NCBI GenBank assembly: GCA_963844945.1
Contig: CAWJQZ010000002.1
Coordinates: 2,123 to 66,122, forward strand
Direction: 5' to 3'
Source: an uncultured Chloroflexia bacterium
GTDB taxonomy: Bacteria; Chloroflexota; Limnocylindria; Limnocylindrales; CSP1-4
Length of the DNA stretch: 64,000 bases
How positions within the stretch are numbered: position 1 is the stretch's first letter; each line of letters opens with the position of its first letter. The position numbers were made by a program, and so were the translations under genes. The notes under the pieces were generated by a model. The model was not told where the DNA came from, made no database searches, and saw only the letters and a list, made by a program, of their open reading frames with translations. Below, one piece after another: positions 19,712 through 27,317 of the stretch.

Positions 19712-20351
19712 TGTGTCGGCTGGCACGTACGGCCGCCGTACGGCGCGGCTCGAGTCGCGCAGGCGGCCGCGGACCTCGACCCGTTCGACGGGAAGTGCCG
19801 CGGTCGTCCACGCTGCTGTGGTCCACGACCGACGGAGCCGCTGCCGTCGAGCGTCGGCGCGGAGGCCGTAGATGCCGCTCCCTCGGACAGCAGCCGGTTG
19901 CCCGTGTCCACGTGACGACCGCGCCTCCGCCGATGCGCCTGTGGTGCCGTCGGGCAGTTCGGACGCCGCCGTCGCACTGGATCCCGGACGTCGTGTGGGT
20001 CGAACCAGACCTCGCGATGATGTCTGGCCGACGGTGTAGCACGTTCACGATGTTCGTCGCCGAACCGGGCCGGCCGGTCCCGTCGACCCCGGTCGCGCCG
20101 GTGGCCGTGCCCTGTGGCGCCGGTGGGCCCGGGGACGCCCTGCGTGCTCCAGTAGGCGAGCTGGCCGCCGCCGGCGAGCTTGCACTGCGGGACGGTCGCC
20201 ATCGCGACCTGGCCCGCTCGTGTTGAAGCAGGCGTAGAGCGGTGGGCGGGTCCGTGGACGCGGCGAGCGTGCCGCCCGCGGCGACGGCGACGAGGGCGAA
20301 GGCGGCGATGCCGACGGCGAGCGCGCGGGGACGGGGATGGGACGCGGGCAT
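19712..20351 (-). pseudogene. secreted collagen-like protein, paralog 2 (head class A), multiply frameshifted
   Basis: MPASHPRPRALAVGIAAFALVAVAAGGTLAAS is in one frame, LYACFNTSG in a second, and QVAMATVPQCKLAGGGQLAYWSTQGVPGPTGATG in a third. Head fragments (SATNIVNV, IQCDGGV...IGGGAVVT, LDGSGSV) are scattered over frames. No clean stop before the terminator, so the 3' end is approximate. Confidence 0.6.
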
Positions 20352-20373
20352 CGGATGCCTCCCCTCGATGCGG

Positions 20374-20436
20374 GCGTCCCGCCGCAGGGGCGGGACGCGA
20401 TGCGCGCGAGGATGCGCGGCAGACCGGGTACGTCAA
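20374..20436 (-). promoter_or_regulatory. paralog-2 leader: TTGACG plus perfect 10-bp palindrome
   Basis: Minus-sense TTGACG (20431-20436), then 31 nt, then GCGTCCCGCC-CCTGC-GGCGGGACGC (20374-20398). The palindrome ends 22 nt before the ATG codon (20349-20351). Confidence 0.45.
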
Positions 20437-20486
20437 TGGAGAACGTGCGGTCCGGCTGTGCCCGCCAGCGCTCGTGCGGTCGGCCG

Positions 20487-21062
20487 TCAGGGCGTGACGC
20501 TCGCGCACACCGCCCACCCGCTGACCGACAGGTTCTCCCCGGCGACCAGCCCGCTGCCGTCCGCCTTCCCGGCGACCAGGTTCCAGTGGCCCGAGCTCGG
20601 GTAGCTGGAGAGCACCGCGCCATCGGCCGCGGACCCGAAGATCGTCACGTGCGCGCCGCCGCCGAGAGGCTGCTTCCCGCTCGGACATGCGACGGCCATG
20701 GCGTACGAGCGAGTGCCGACGATGTTGGTGCCGCCGTTCCCGTTCACCTGCTCGTACCCTGCGACCGACCCGCTCACCCCGGTCGGGCCCTGGGGGCCGG
20801 TCGGACCGACGGATCCGGTGGCGCCGGTGGGTCCGGTCGGGCCTGGGACGGGTGCCGTCCCCCAGTAGACCAGGCGCCCGCCGCCCGCGAGCTTGCAGGT
20901 GTTCAGGTCGCTCATCGCCACCTGTCCGCTCGTGTTGAAGCAGGCGTAGAGCGTCGGCGGGTTCGTCGAAGCGGCGAGCGTGCCGCCGGCCGCGACGGAG
21001 ACCAGGGCGAACGCGCCGATGCCGATCGCGATGGCGCGTGCGCGCGGACGGACGTTGACCAT
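20487..21062 (-). CDS. secreted collagen-like protein, paralog 3 (head class A)
   Basis: Intact 191 aa: signal MVNVRPRARAIAIGIGAFALVSVAAGGTLAAS, module NPPTLYACFNTSGQVAMSDLNTCKLAGGGRLV, 9 Gly-X-Y triplets, and a head with CPSGKQPLGGG...GHWNLVAGKADGSG...SGWAVC. Confidence 0.75.
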   Translation of the reverse strand: MVNVRPRARAIAIGIGAFALVSVAAGGTLAASTNPPTLYACFNTSGQVAMSDLNTCKLAGGGRLVYWGTAPVPGPTGPTGATGSVGPTGPQGPTGVSGSVAGYEQVNGNGGTNIVGTRSYAMAVACPSGKQPLGGGAHVTIFGSAADGAVLSSYPSSGHWNLVAGKADGSGLVAGENLSVSGWAVCASVTP

Positions 21063-21085
21063 GGCGTTCCCACCCGATGCGTCGA

Positions 21086-21162
21086 TCCCGCGTCACGGGC
21101 GGGACGATGCCGAGGACCGTAGCCTGCGGCTGCCGACGCCGGCATCGGGTGATTCCCTCGAT
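21086..21162 (-). promoter_or_regulatory. paralog-3 leader: palindrome plus 26-nt box shared with paralog 5
   Basis: TCCCGC/GCGGGA 6-bp arms at 21086-21104. Box CGCCGGCATCGGGTGATTCCCTCGAT at 21137-21162, identical to 22746-22771. Confidence 0.45.
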
Positions 21163-21250
21163 GTCATCGGACGGGGCCCGGACGGCCGGGCGGGAAGCGA
21201 CGAGGCCGCGCATCGCGGCGCGGCCCCGTCGGAGTGGACACGTCGGCGGA

Positions 21251-21937
21251 TCAGGGGATGACGACCGCCGGGTACTCGACCTGCAGGATCACCTTGCCCG
21301 TGACGCTCGGCTTCGGGACGGAGGCGGTGCCGCACAGGGTGTCGAACGCCCGCAGCGACGAGTCGGCCGTGAGCGTCCTGGTGGACTTGGCGCCGATCGA
21401 GATGGGGACGGAGCCGGCGGGGTTGAACTGCTGGTCGAACAGGTAGTTCGAGTCGCCGGTGTCCACCTTGATGGTCGAGGACAGGCAGGTGAGGACGCCC
21501 GACCCGGAGATCGAGAGGATCTCGCCCGAGATCGGTGTCAGGCGCGTCCCCGCAGGGAAGGTCGTCGTGCTCGTGACCGGGCACGGGGTGACTCCCGCGG
21601 CGCACTCGGGGACGGTGAAGTCCCACTCGACGAGCGTCGGGGCGTACGGCGCCCCGGTCGGCCCGACCGGACCCGTCGGCCCTGCCACGCCCGTCGCGCC
21701 CTGAGGCCCGGTGGGCCCGGGGACGGGGGCGGTCCCCCAGCTCACGAGCCGGCCGCCCCCGGCGAGCTTGCAGGTGTTGACGTCGCTCAAGGCGACCTGC
21801 CCGTAGGTGTTGTAGCAGGCGTAGAGCGTCGGCGGGTTCGTGGAGGCGGCAAGGGTGCCGCCGGCGGCGACGACGACGAGCGCGAAGGCGCCCACCCCCA
21901 CGGCGAGCGCGCGGAGGCGTGAGCGGGATCTGTGCAT
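21251..21937 (-). CDS. secreted collagen-like protein, paralog 4 (head class B)
   Basis: Start taken at MHRSRSRLRALAVGVGAFALVVVAAGG (GGGAG RBS) by analogy with its paralogs. Module PPTLYACYNTYGQVALSDVNTCKLAGGGRLV, 8 Gly-X-Y triplets, and an unrelated Cys-containing head (TVPECAAGVTPCP...). Confidence 0.7.
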   Translation of the reverse strand: MHRSRSRLRALAVGVGAFALVVVAAGGTLAASTNPPTLYACYNTYGQVALSDVNTCKLAGGGRLVSWGTAPVPGPTGPQGATGVAGPTGPVGPTGAPYAPTLVEWDFTVPECAAGVTPCPVTSTTTFPAGTRLTPISGEILSISGSGVLTCLSSTIKVDTGDSNYLFDQQFNPAGSVPISIGAKSTRTLTADSSLRAFDTLCGTASVPKPSVTGKVILQVEYPAVVIP

Positions 21938-21957
21938 GAGATCTCCCGGGGACGCTG

Positions 21958-22019
21958 GATCCCACAACAGGGGCGGGACGCGGTGGGCGGACTCTGCGCG
22001 CGCGGGGGGTCGTCGTCAA
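21958..22019 (-). promoter_or_regulatory. paralog-4 leader: TTGACG plus degenerate palindrome
   Basis: Minus-sense TTGACG (22014-22019), then 31 nt, then CGCGTCCCGCC left arm. The right arm has degenerated to TGGGAT. Confidence 0.35.
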
Positions 22020-22064
22020 TGGCGGCGCCGAGCAGTGTCGCGCGCGACGGCGGCTCGGGGTCGG

Positions 22065-22670
22065 TCAGCGCGTCTTCATGCAGGAGACGCTCATGCCCCA
22101 GTGGATCGACTCGTTCGTGTTGAACGCCTGGCCGTCGAGCTTCGCGAACGTCACCCGCCATCCGCCCTCCAGCGTGTTGTCGCTGCCGACGAGGGCGGCG
22201 GCGCGGACCGGGCTGCCATTCACGTAGAGGACGGCACTTCCGCCGCCACCCGTCGGATAGGCGTTGGGGACGGACGGACAGTCGAGCGTGTGCGTGTACG
22301 TGTAGACGGTCCCTGCCTGCGCGGGAGGGCCATCCACGCCGCCGACGGTCGTGTACTCGAACGAGGCGGATCCCGCGGCACCCGTCGGACCGGTGGGACC
22401 CGTGGCGCCCGCGGAGCCCGCGGAGCCGGCCGCGCCCGTGGGCCCGGCGGGACCCGTCGGACCGACCGTGTTGAACCCGACCAGCTGGCCGCCGCCGGTG
22501 AGCTTGCACTGGGCCGTGGTGCCCATCGCCACCTGGCCATACGCGTTGAAGCACGCGTACAGCGTGGTCGGCGTGGAGGCGGCGAGCGCTCCGCCGGCGG
22601 CGACCGCGACGAGCACGAAGGCGGAGACCCCCACCGCGAGGGCGCGCAGACGGGACCACGAGACAGGCAT
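22065..22670 (-). CDS. secreted collagen-like protein, paralog 5 (head class A)
   Basis: Start at MPVSWSRLRALAVGVSAFVLVAVAAGG. Module TTLYACFNAYGQVAMGTTAQCKLTGGGQLV, 11 Gly-X-Y triplets, and a head DCPSVPNAYPTGGGG...GGWRVTFAKLDGQA...HWGMSVSC that aligns with paralog 3. Confidence 0.7.
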   Translation of the reverse strand: MPVSWSRLRALAVGVSAFVLVAVAAGGALAASTPTTLYACFNAYGQVAMGTTAQCKLTGGGQLVGFNTVGPTGPAGPTGAAGSAGSAGATGPTGPTGAAGSASFEYTTVGGVDGPPAQAGTVYTYTHTLDCPSVPNAYPTGGGGSAVLYVNGSPVRAAALVGSDNTLEGGWRVTFAKLDGQAFNTNESIHWGMSVSCMKTR

Positions 22671-22693
22671 CGAACCATCCCCTCGATGCGGTT

Positions 22694-22771
22694 GTCCCGC
22701 ATCACGGGCGGGACGACACGCAGGACGGTAGCCGGTGGATGTGCGCGCCGGCATCGGGTGATTCCCTCGAT
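22694..22771 (-). promoter_or_regulatory. paralog-5 leader: palindrome plus 26-nt box shared with paralog 3
   Basis: GTCCCGC/GCGGGAC 7-bp arms at 22694-22714. Identical 26-nt box at 22746-22771. About 100 nt aligns with the paralog-3 leader. Confidence 0.45.
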
Positions 22772-22858
22772 ATCGCCCGGCGCGGCCGGGCGGGCACCGC
22801 GCGTCGACGGGCCGGACGCCCGGCCAGGCGCCCGACCGGCGTGCTACCGTCGCCGTCG

Positions 22859-23074
22859 ATGTCCGACCCGCGACCCCGCCTTCGCACCGTCGTCGCCGCG
22901 CTCTCCCTCGCCCTTCTCGCGGCGGCCGCGCTCGCGCCCGCAGCCTTCGCCGACGTGGTGACCGGCGGAGACACGGAGGGCGGCACGCTCCTCTTCTGGC
23001 TCACCGTCATCGCGTGCGTCGGGGTCGCCGCGGGGACCGCGATCTTCTACGTCTACCGCCGGCGGCACCGCTAA
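22859..23074 (+). CDS. small signal-peptide plus C-terminal TM-anchor protein (71 aa)
   Basis: MSDPRPRLRTVVAALSLALLAAAALAPAAFA signal, a 12-aa exposed segment, the TM LLFWLTVIACVGVAAGTAIFYVY, and a basic tail RRRHR. Confidence 0.4.
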   Translation: MSDPRPRLRTVVAALSLALLAAAALAPAAFADVVTGGDTEGGTLLFWLTVIACVGVAAGTAIFYVYRRRHR

Positions 23075-23192
23075 AATCGGGGCCCCGTGCGGAGCCCGCC
23101 ATGGAGCCACCCGCGCGGCCACGCCATCGTCCCCCGAGGCCACCGCCCCGGCCCGTCGCCACATCGCTCCCGCGCCCACCCGGAGACCCGCC

Positions 23193-24521
23193 ATGCAGCT
23201 CCTCGCACTCCGCCGCTGGTCCGAGCTCGACGACGACGAGCGGCGCCGGATCCTCGCCCGTTCCAACGAGCGCGTCTTCGACCCGGCCCTGCGCGCGAGC
23301 ATCCAGGCGATCTACGACGACGTCGCGGCGCGCGGGGACATCGCCGTCAGCGAGGCGACCGCCCGCTTCGACAAGGCCGACATCCCGCCGGATCGGCTCG
23401 CCGTCACCCCCGAGGAGCTGGCCGCCGCCCACGCGTCGATCGACCCGGGGCTGCTCGACGCGATCCGCGTCGCCATCGCCAACGTCCGCGCCTTCAGCGA
23501 GGCCCAGCTCGCGGCCACCGCGTCGGGCTGGCGGGCGGAGATCGCCCCCGGCGTGGAGGTGGGCGAGAAGTTCTCGCCCATCCCGTCGGTCGGACTGTTC
23601 ATCCCGTGCGGGAAGGCGTCCTACCCGTCCGTCCTCTGCCAGATCGGCACCCCGGCGGTCACCGCGGGCGTGCCGGACATCGCGGTGGTCGTTCCGCCGG
23701 TCCCCGGTACCAGCGACGTGGACGTCGCGACCCTTGCCACCGCCCATGAGCTCGGCATCACGCGCGTCTATCGCGCGAACGGCCCTGCCGGCATCGCCGC
23801 GATCGCGCTCGGCACGGAGTCCATCCGGCGCGTGCGCAAGATCGTCGGCCCGGGCAGCCCCGCCGTGACGATGGCGCAGATCATCGCGCAGGGCTACGGC
23901 GTGCTCACGAGCATGATCTCGGGGCCGTCGGAGAGCGTGGTGGTCGCCGACGGGACCGCCGACCCGCACCGCGCCGCCCTGGACCTGCTGAACGAGGCGG
24001 AGCACGGCGAGGACTCGGCGGCGCTCCTGCTCACCGACTCGCTCGCGATCGCCGAGGCCGTGGACGCGGAGCTGGTGGGGATGGTGGAGCTGCTCCCGGA
24101 GCCCCGCGCGAAGGCGGCCCGGAGCGCGCTCGGCGTCTGGGGCGGCGCCTTCATCTTCGACTCGATGGCCGACGCCATCGACTTCGCGAACCTCTACGCG
24201 GTCGAGCACATCCAGCTCGCGACCGCCGACCCCGAGGCGACCCTCGACGGGCTCGAGTACGCGGGCGAGGCGCTCCTGGGCCAGCACACGACGATCAGCG
24301 AGACGAACTTCGTCATCGGCGTCCCGGCCACCCTCCCGACCGGCGGGTTCGCGCAGGTGAACGGCGGCGTGACCGCCCGGACCTTCACCGTCCCGATCGC
24401 GATCTCCAAGCTCGACGAGGCCGCCCTCCGTCGCCTCGCCGCGCCGACCCTGCGGCTCGCGGACCACGAGGGCTTCCCGGCGCACGCCAACGCGCTGCGG
24501 CTCCGGGGGCTGGGGGAGTGA
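23193..24521 (+). CDS. hisD: histidinol dehydrogenase family protein (HisD-like)
   Basis: 442 aa, full-length HisD-like: ...GPGSPAVTMAQ..., DLLNEAEHGEDS, YAVEHIQL. The region where I recall GDY..NHVLPT in canonical HisD reads SETNFVIGVPATLPT here, so it may be a paralog. Confidence 0.7.
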   Translation: MQLLALRRWSELDDDERRRILARSNERVFDPALRASIQAIYDDVAARGDIAVSEATARFDKADIPPDRLAVTPEELAAAHASIDPGLLDAIRVAIANVRAFSEAQLAATASGWRAEIAPGVEVGEKFSPIPSVGLFIPCGKASYPSVLCQIGTPAVTAGVPDIAVVVPPVPGTSDVDVATLATAHELGITRVYRANGPAGIAAIALGTESIRRVRKIVGPGSPAVTMAQIIAQGYGVLTSMISGPSESVVVADGTADPHRAALDLLNEAEHGEDSAALLLTDSLAIAEAVDAELVGMVELLPEPRAKAARSALGVWGGAFIFDSMADAIDFANLYAVEHIQLATADPEATLDGLEYAGEALLGQHTTISETNFVIGVPATLPTGGFAQVNGGVTARTFTVPIAISKLDEAALRRLAAPTLRLADHEGFPAHANALRLRGLGE

Positions 24522-25771
24522 CCTCCGGCGGCCCCGGCCGCGGATCGGACCCGAGCGCAGCCGGCGAGCAGGAGGACCTCGGCCTCGACGCGCTTCCGCC
24601 CGGTGACTCCGGCCGCGAGGCGCGCGACGACGACTCGATCCTGGGACTGGGCCCGGCGGACGCGCTCCACGGCGGCGAGGTCGTCCTCAACGTCCACGAC
24701 GTGGAGCGGATCGCCGCGCGCGTCCTCAGCCCCGGCGCTGCCGCCTACTACGACGGCGGCTCGTGGGACGAGTCCACCCTCCGCGACAACGTCGCCGCGT
24801 TCGAGCGCTGGCGGTTCCGGCCGCGCGTCCTCGTGGACGTCGCCGAGCGCGACCTGTCGGTCGAGGTCCTCGGCCGGCGCTGGTCCACGCCGTTCGGCAT
24901 CGCCCCGATGGCGCTCCAGCGGCTCGCGTGCCCCGACGGCGAGGTCGCGGCGGCGCGCGCCTGCGCCGCGCGGGACATCACGTTCACGCTGTCGACCGTC
25001 GCGAGCGCCACGATCGAGGAGGTCGCCGCCGTGGGCGGCCCGCGCTGGTTCCAGCTCTACGTGACGCCCGACACCGCGTGGACGATGTCGCTCGTCCGGC
25101 GCGCCGAGGCCGCCGGGTACGAGGCGCTCGTCATGACCGTGGACGCGGCCCCTCTCGGCCGGCGCGAGCGGGACCACCGCGTGGGCCTGGAGCTGCCGCC
25201 CGGGATCCGTTACATGAACCTGCTCGCCCGGCCCGGCGAGGACGCCACCGACGCGGACGGCCCGCGGATGTACGCGAAGGAGTTCCTCAAGGAGGCGCTC
25301 ACGCCGGCCGACCTCGCGCATCTCGTCCGCGAGTCCCGCATCCCCGTGGTCGTGAAGGGCGTCCTCCGGGGCGACGACGCGGACGCGGTGGTCGAGGCGG
25401 GCGCCGCGGCCGTCTGGGTCTCGAACCACGGCGGCCGGCAGATGGACCGGGCGGTCGCCACGATCGACGCGCTCCCGGACGTGGTGGCGGCCGTGCGCGG
25501 TCGCGTCCCCGTCCTGTTCGACAGCGGGATCCGCCGCGGGATGGACGCGCTCACGGCGCTCGCCCTCGGCGCGACCGCCGTCTTCATCGGCCGGCCGCTC
25601 CTCTGGGGCCTGGCGTGGGACGGCGAGCGAGGGGCCGGCGCGGTGCTCGACATGCTCCGCGAGGAGCTCGACCTCGCGATGGGGATCACCGGGAACACCC
25701 GGGCGTCGGCGATCGACCCATCCGTGGTCGTCCATGCCGACCGCGCACACCTGACATGGAGCGGCCGATGA
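24518..25771 (+). CDS. FMN-dependent alpha-hydroxy-acid oxidase/dehydrogenase (LldD/glycolate oxidase family)
   Basis: GTGA overlap with the hisD stop. AAYYDGGSWDESTLRDNVAAFERWRFRPRVLVDV and VSNHGGRQMD motifs. No alternative start codon before the conserved core. Confidence 0.8.
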   Translation: MTSGGPGRGSDPSAAGEQEDLGLDALPPGDSGREARDDDSILGLGPADALHGGEVVLNVHDVERIAARVLSPGAAAYYDGGSWDESTLRDNVAAFERWRFRPRVLVDVAERDLSVEVLGRRWSTPFGIAPMALQRLACPDGEVAAARACAARDITFTLSTVASATIEEVAAVGGPRWFQLYVTPDTAWTMSLVRRAEAAGYEALVMTVDAAPLGRRERDHRVGLELPPGIRYMNLLARPGEDATDADGPRMYAKEFLKEALTPADLAHLVRESRIPVVVKGVLRGDDADAVVEAGAAAVWVSNHGGRQMDRAVATIDALPDVVAAVRGRVPVLFDSGIRRGMDALTALALGATAVFIGRPLLWGLAWDGERGAGAVLDMLREELDLAMGITGNTRASAIDPSVVVHADRAHLTWSGR

Positions 25772-26883
25772 GCGACGTCGATCCCCGCCCGGCCGGCGAC
25801 GGCGGTCATGAACCGGACGCCCCGCGTCCCGTCCCGCAGCTCGCGGCGGTCGCCCCGTACGTCATGGGCAAGCCCCCCGCGAAGGAGGAGGCGCGAGGCG
25901 CGAAGCTCAGCTCCAACGAGAACCCGTTCGGCCCGTCGCCCCTCGGGATCGCCGCGGCGGTGGCCGTGCTCTCGAGCGTGAACCGCTACCCGGTCGACCA
26001 GGGCGAGCTGCGCGCGAAGATCGCCGACCACCACGCGGAGCACGCCATCACGCCGGCGAACGTCATCCCCGGGGCCGGCAGCGACGAGATCATCCACCTC
26101 GTCTGCTCGGTCTACCTCGAGCCCGGCCGGAGGCTCATCCTCGGGAGCCCGCCGTACGGGATCCACCGGATCGCGGGCCAGCTCTCCGGCGCCGAGCTGG
26201 TCCGGGTCCCGCTCGTCGACTGGGTCCACGACCTGCCCGGCATGGCCGCGGCCGCGCGCCCGGGCGACGTCATCGCGGTGACGAACCCGCACAACCCCAC
26301 CGGGACCGCCGTCCGGCCCGAGGACCTCCGCGTGCTGCTCGCGACGGTCCCTCGGTCCTGCATCGTCCTCGTGGACGAGGCGTACCACGAGTTCGTCCGC
26401 GACGACCTGCGGGTCACGGCCATCTCGATGCTCGACCTCCACCCCGGGCTCATCGTCAGCCGGACCTTCAGCAAGGCGTACGGCCTCGCGGGCCTCCGCG
26501 CCGGCTACGGCGTGGGGACACCGGCGACGCTCGAGCCGCTCGACCGGGTCCGCACGCCCGCGAACGTCAACTCGATCGCGATGGCCGCGGCGACGGCAGC
26601 GCTCGACGACCGCGACCACGTGGCGCGGACGGTGGCACTGACGCTCGAGGGGCGGCAGCGGCTGGAGGACGCGTGCGCACGGCTCGGGCTCACCTTCGTG
26701 CCCTCCCACGCGAACTTCGTCCTGATCGAGGACCGCGACGGCTGGCCCGAGGCGCTCGCGCGGGACGGCATCGCGATCCGGCCGGGGGCCAACCTGGGCG
26801 TCCCCGGGTGGCATCGGGTCACGATCGGGACGCCGGCGGAGATGGACCGCGTCATCGGGATCCTCGAGCTGCTCTTCGGCTGA
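25768..26883 (+). CDS. hisC: histidinol-phosphate aminotransferase family (class II PLP aminotransferase)
   Basis: ATGA overlap with the previous stop. LSSNENPFGPSP, NPHNPTG and SRTFSKAYGLAGLRAGYG (PLP lysine) motifs. Confidence 0.8.
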   Translation: MSDVDPRPAGDGGHEPDAPRPVPQLAAVAPYVMGKPPAKEEARGAKLSSNENPFGPSPLGIAAAVAVLSSVNRYPVDQGELRAKIADHHAEHAITPANVIPGAGSDEIIHLVCSVYLEPGRRLILGSPPYGIHRIAGQLSGAELVRVPLVDWVHDLPGMAAAARPGDVIAVTNPHNPTGTAVRPEDLRVLLATVPRSCIVLVDEAYHEFVRDDLRVTAISMLDLHPGLIVSRTFSKAYGLAGLRAGYGVGTPATLEPLDRVRTPANVNSIAMAAATAALDDRDHVARTVALTLEGRQRLEDACARLGLTFVPSHANFVLIEDRDGWPEALARDGIAIRPGANLGVPGWHRVTIGTPAEMDRVIGILELLFG

Positions 26884-27317
26884 GAAGGCCGCGCGACGAC
26901 GTGGCCGTCGAACACTGCCGCCCGGCCATGAGGCGTTCGGGCGACACAACGGATCACGGCCATCGGGCGACGCCTGACCCGGCACAGCTGGTACGCAGGA
27001 CGAGCCAGTCGGCCGCACCCATGCGCGGACGCCTCGAGACGATCTGGAAGGAGCACTCCGGCATGACGAGGCGACTCCCGCCCGCGCCGGCACGTCGAGC
27101 ACCGCCGGTTCGCCCATGAGCCATGCGTCGCGGTCGTCACGGTCGCGCTCGTCGAGCTGGCCGTCTGGCTCGGGTCCGCGGCGTATCGCGACGCAGGCTC
27201 ATCGGAGGCGACCGCGGTGATCGTCGTCGATCGTCGCGGTAGCGCCTCGGGCGACGACCGAGCGGGCTCAGTTCCACGAGGCGCGCCGCCTGCACCGCTA
27301 GACGCCGCGGCCTCGCG

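Noticed and set aside
19712-22771. Diversity-generating retroelement or invertible-promoter mechanism for head variation in the collagen-like array.
   Set aside because: The window has no reverse transcriptase, template repeat, recombinase or inverted repeats flanking the promoters. Head classes differ wholesale and not at scattered adenine-coded positions.
26884-27317. 434-nt gap between the hisC-like gene and the lipoprotein gene, checked for a decayed gene or RNA.
   Set aside because: All six frames give low-complexity Arg/Pro/Ala text without motifs. There are no repeats or convincing structure. Left unassigned.
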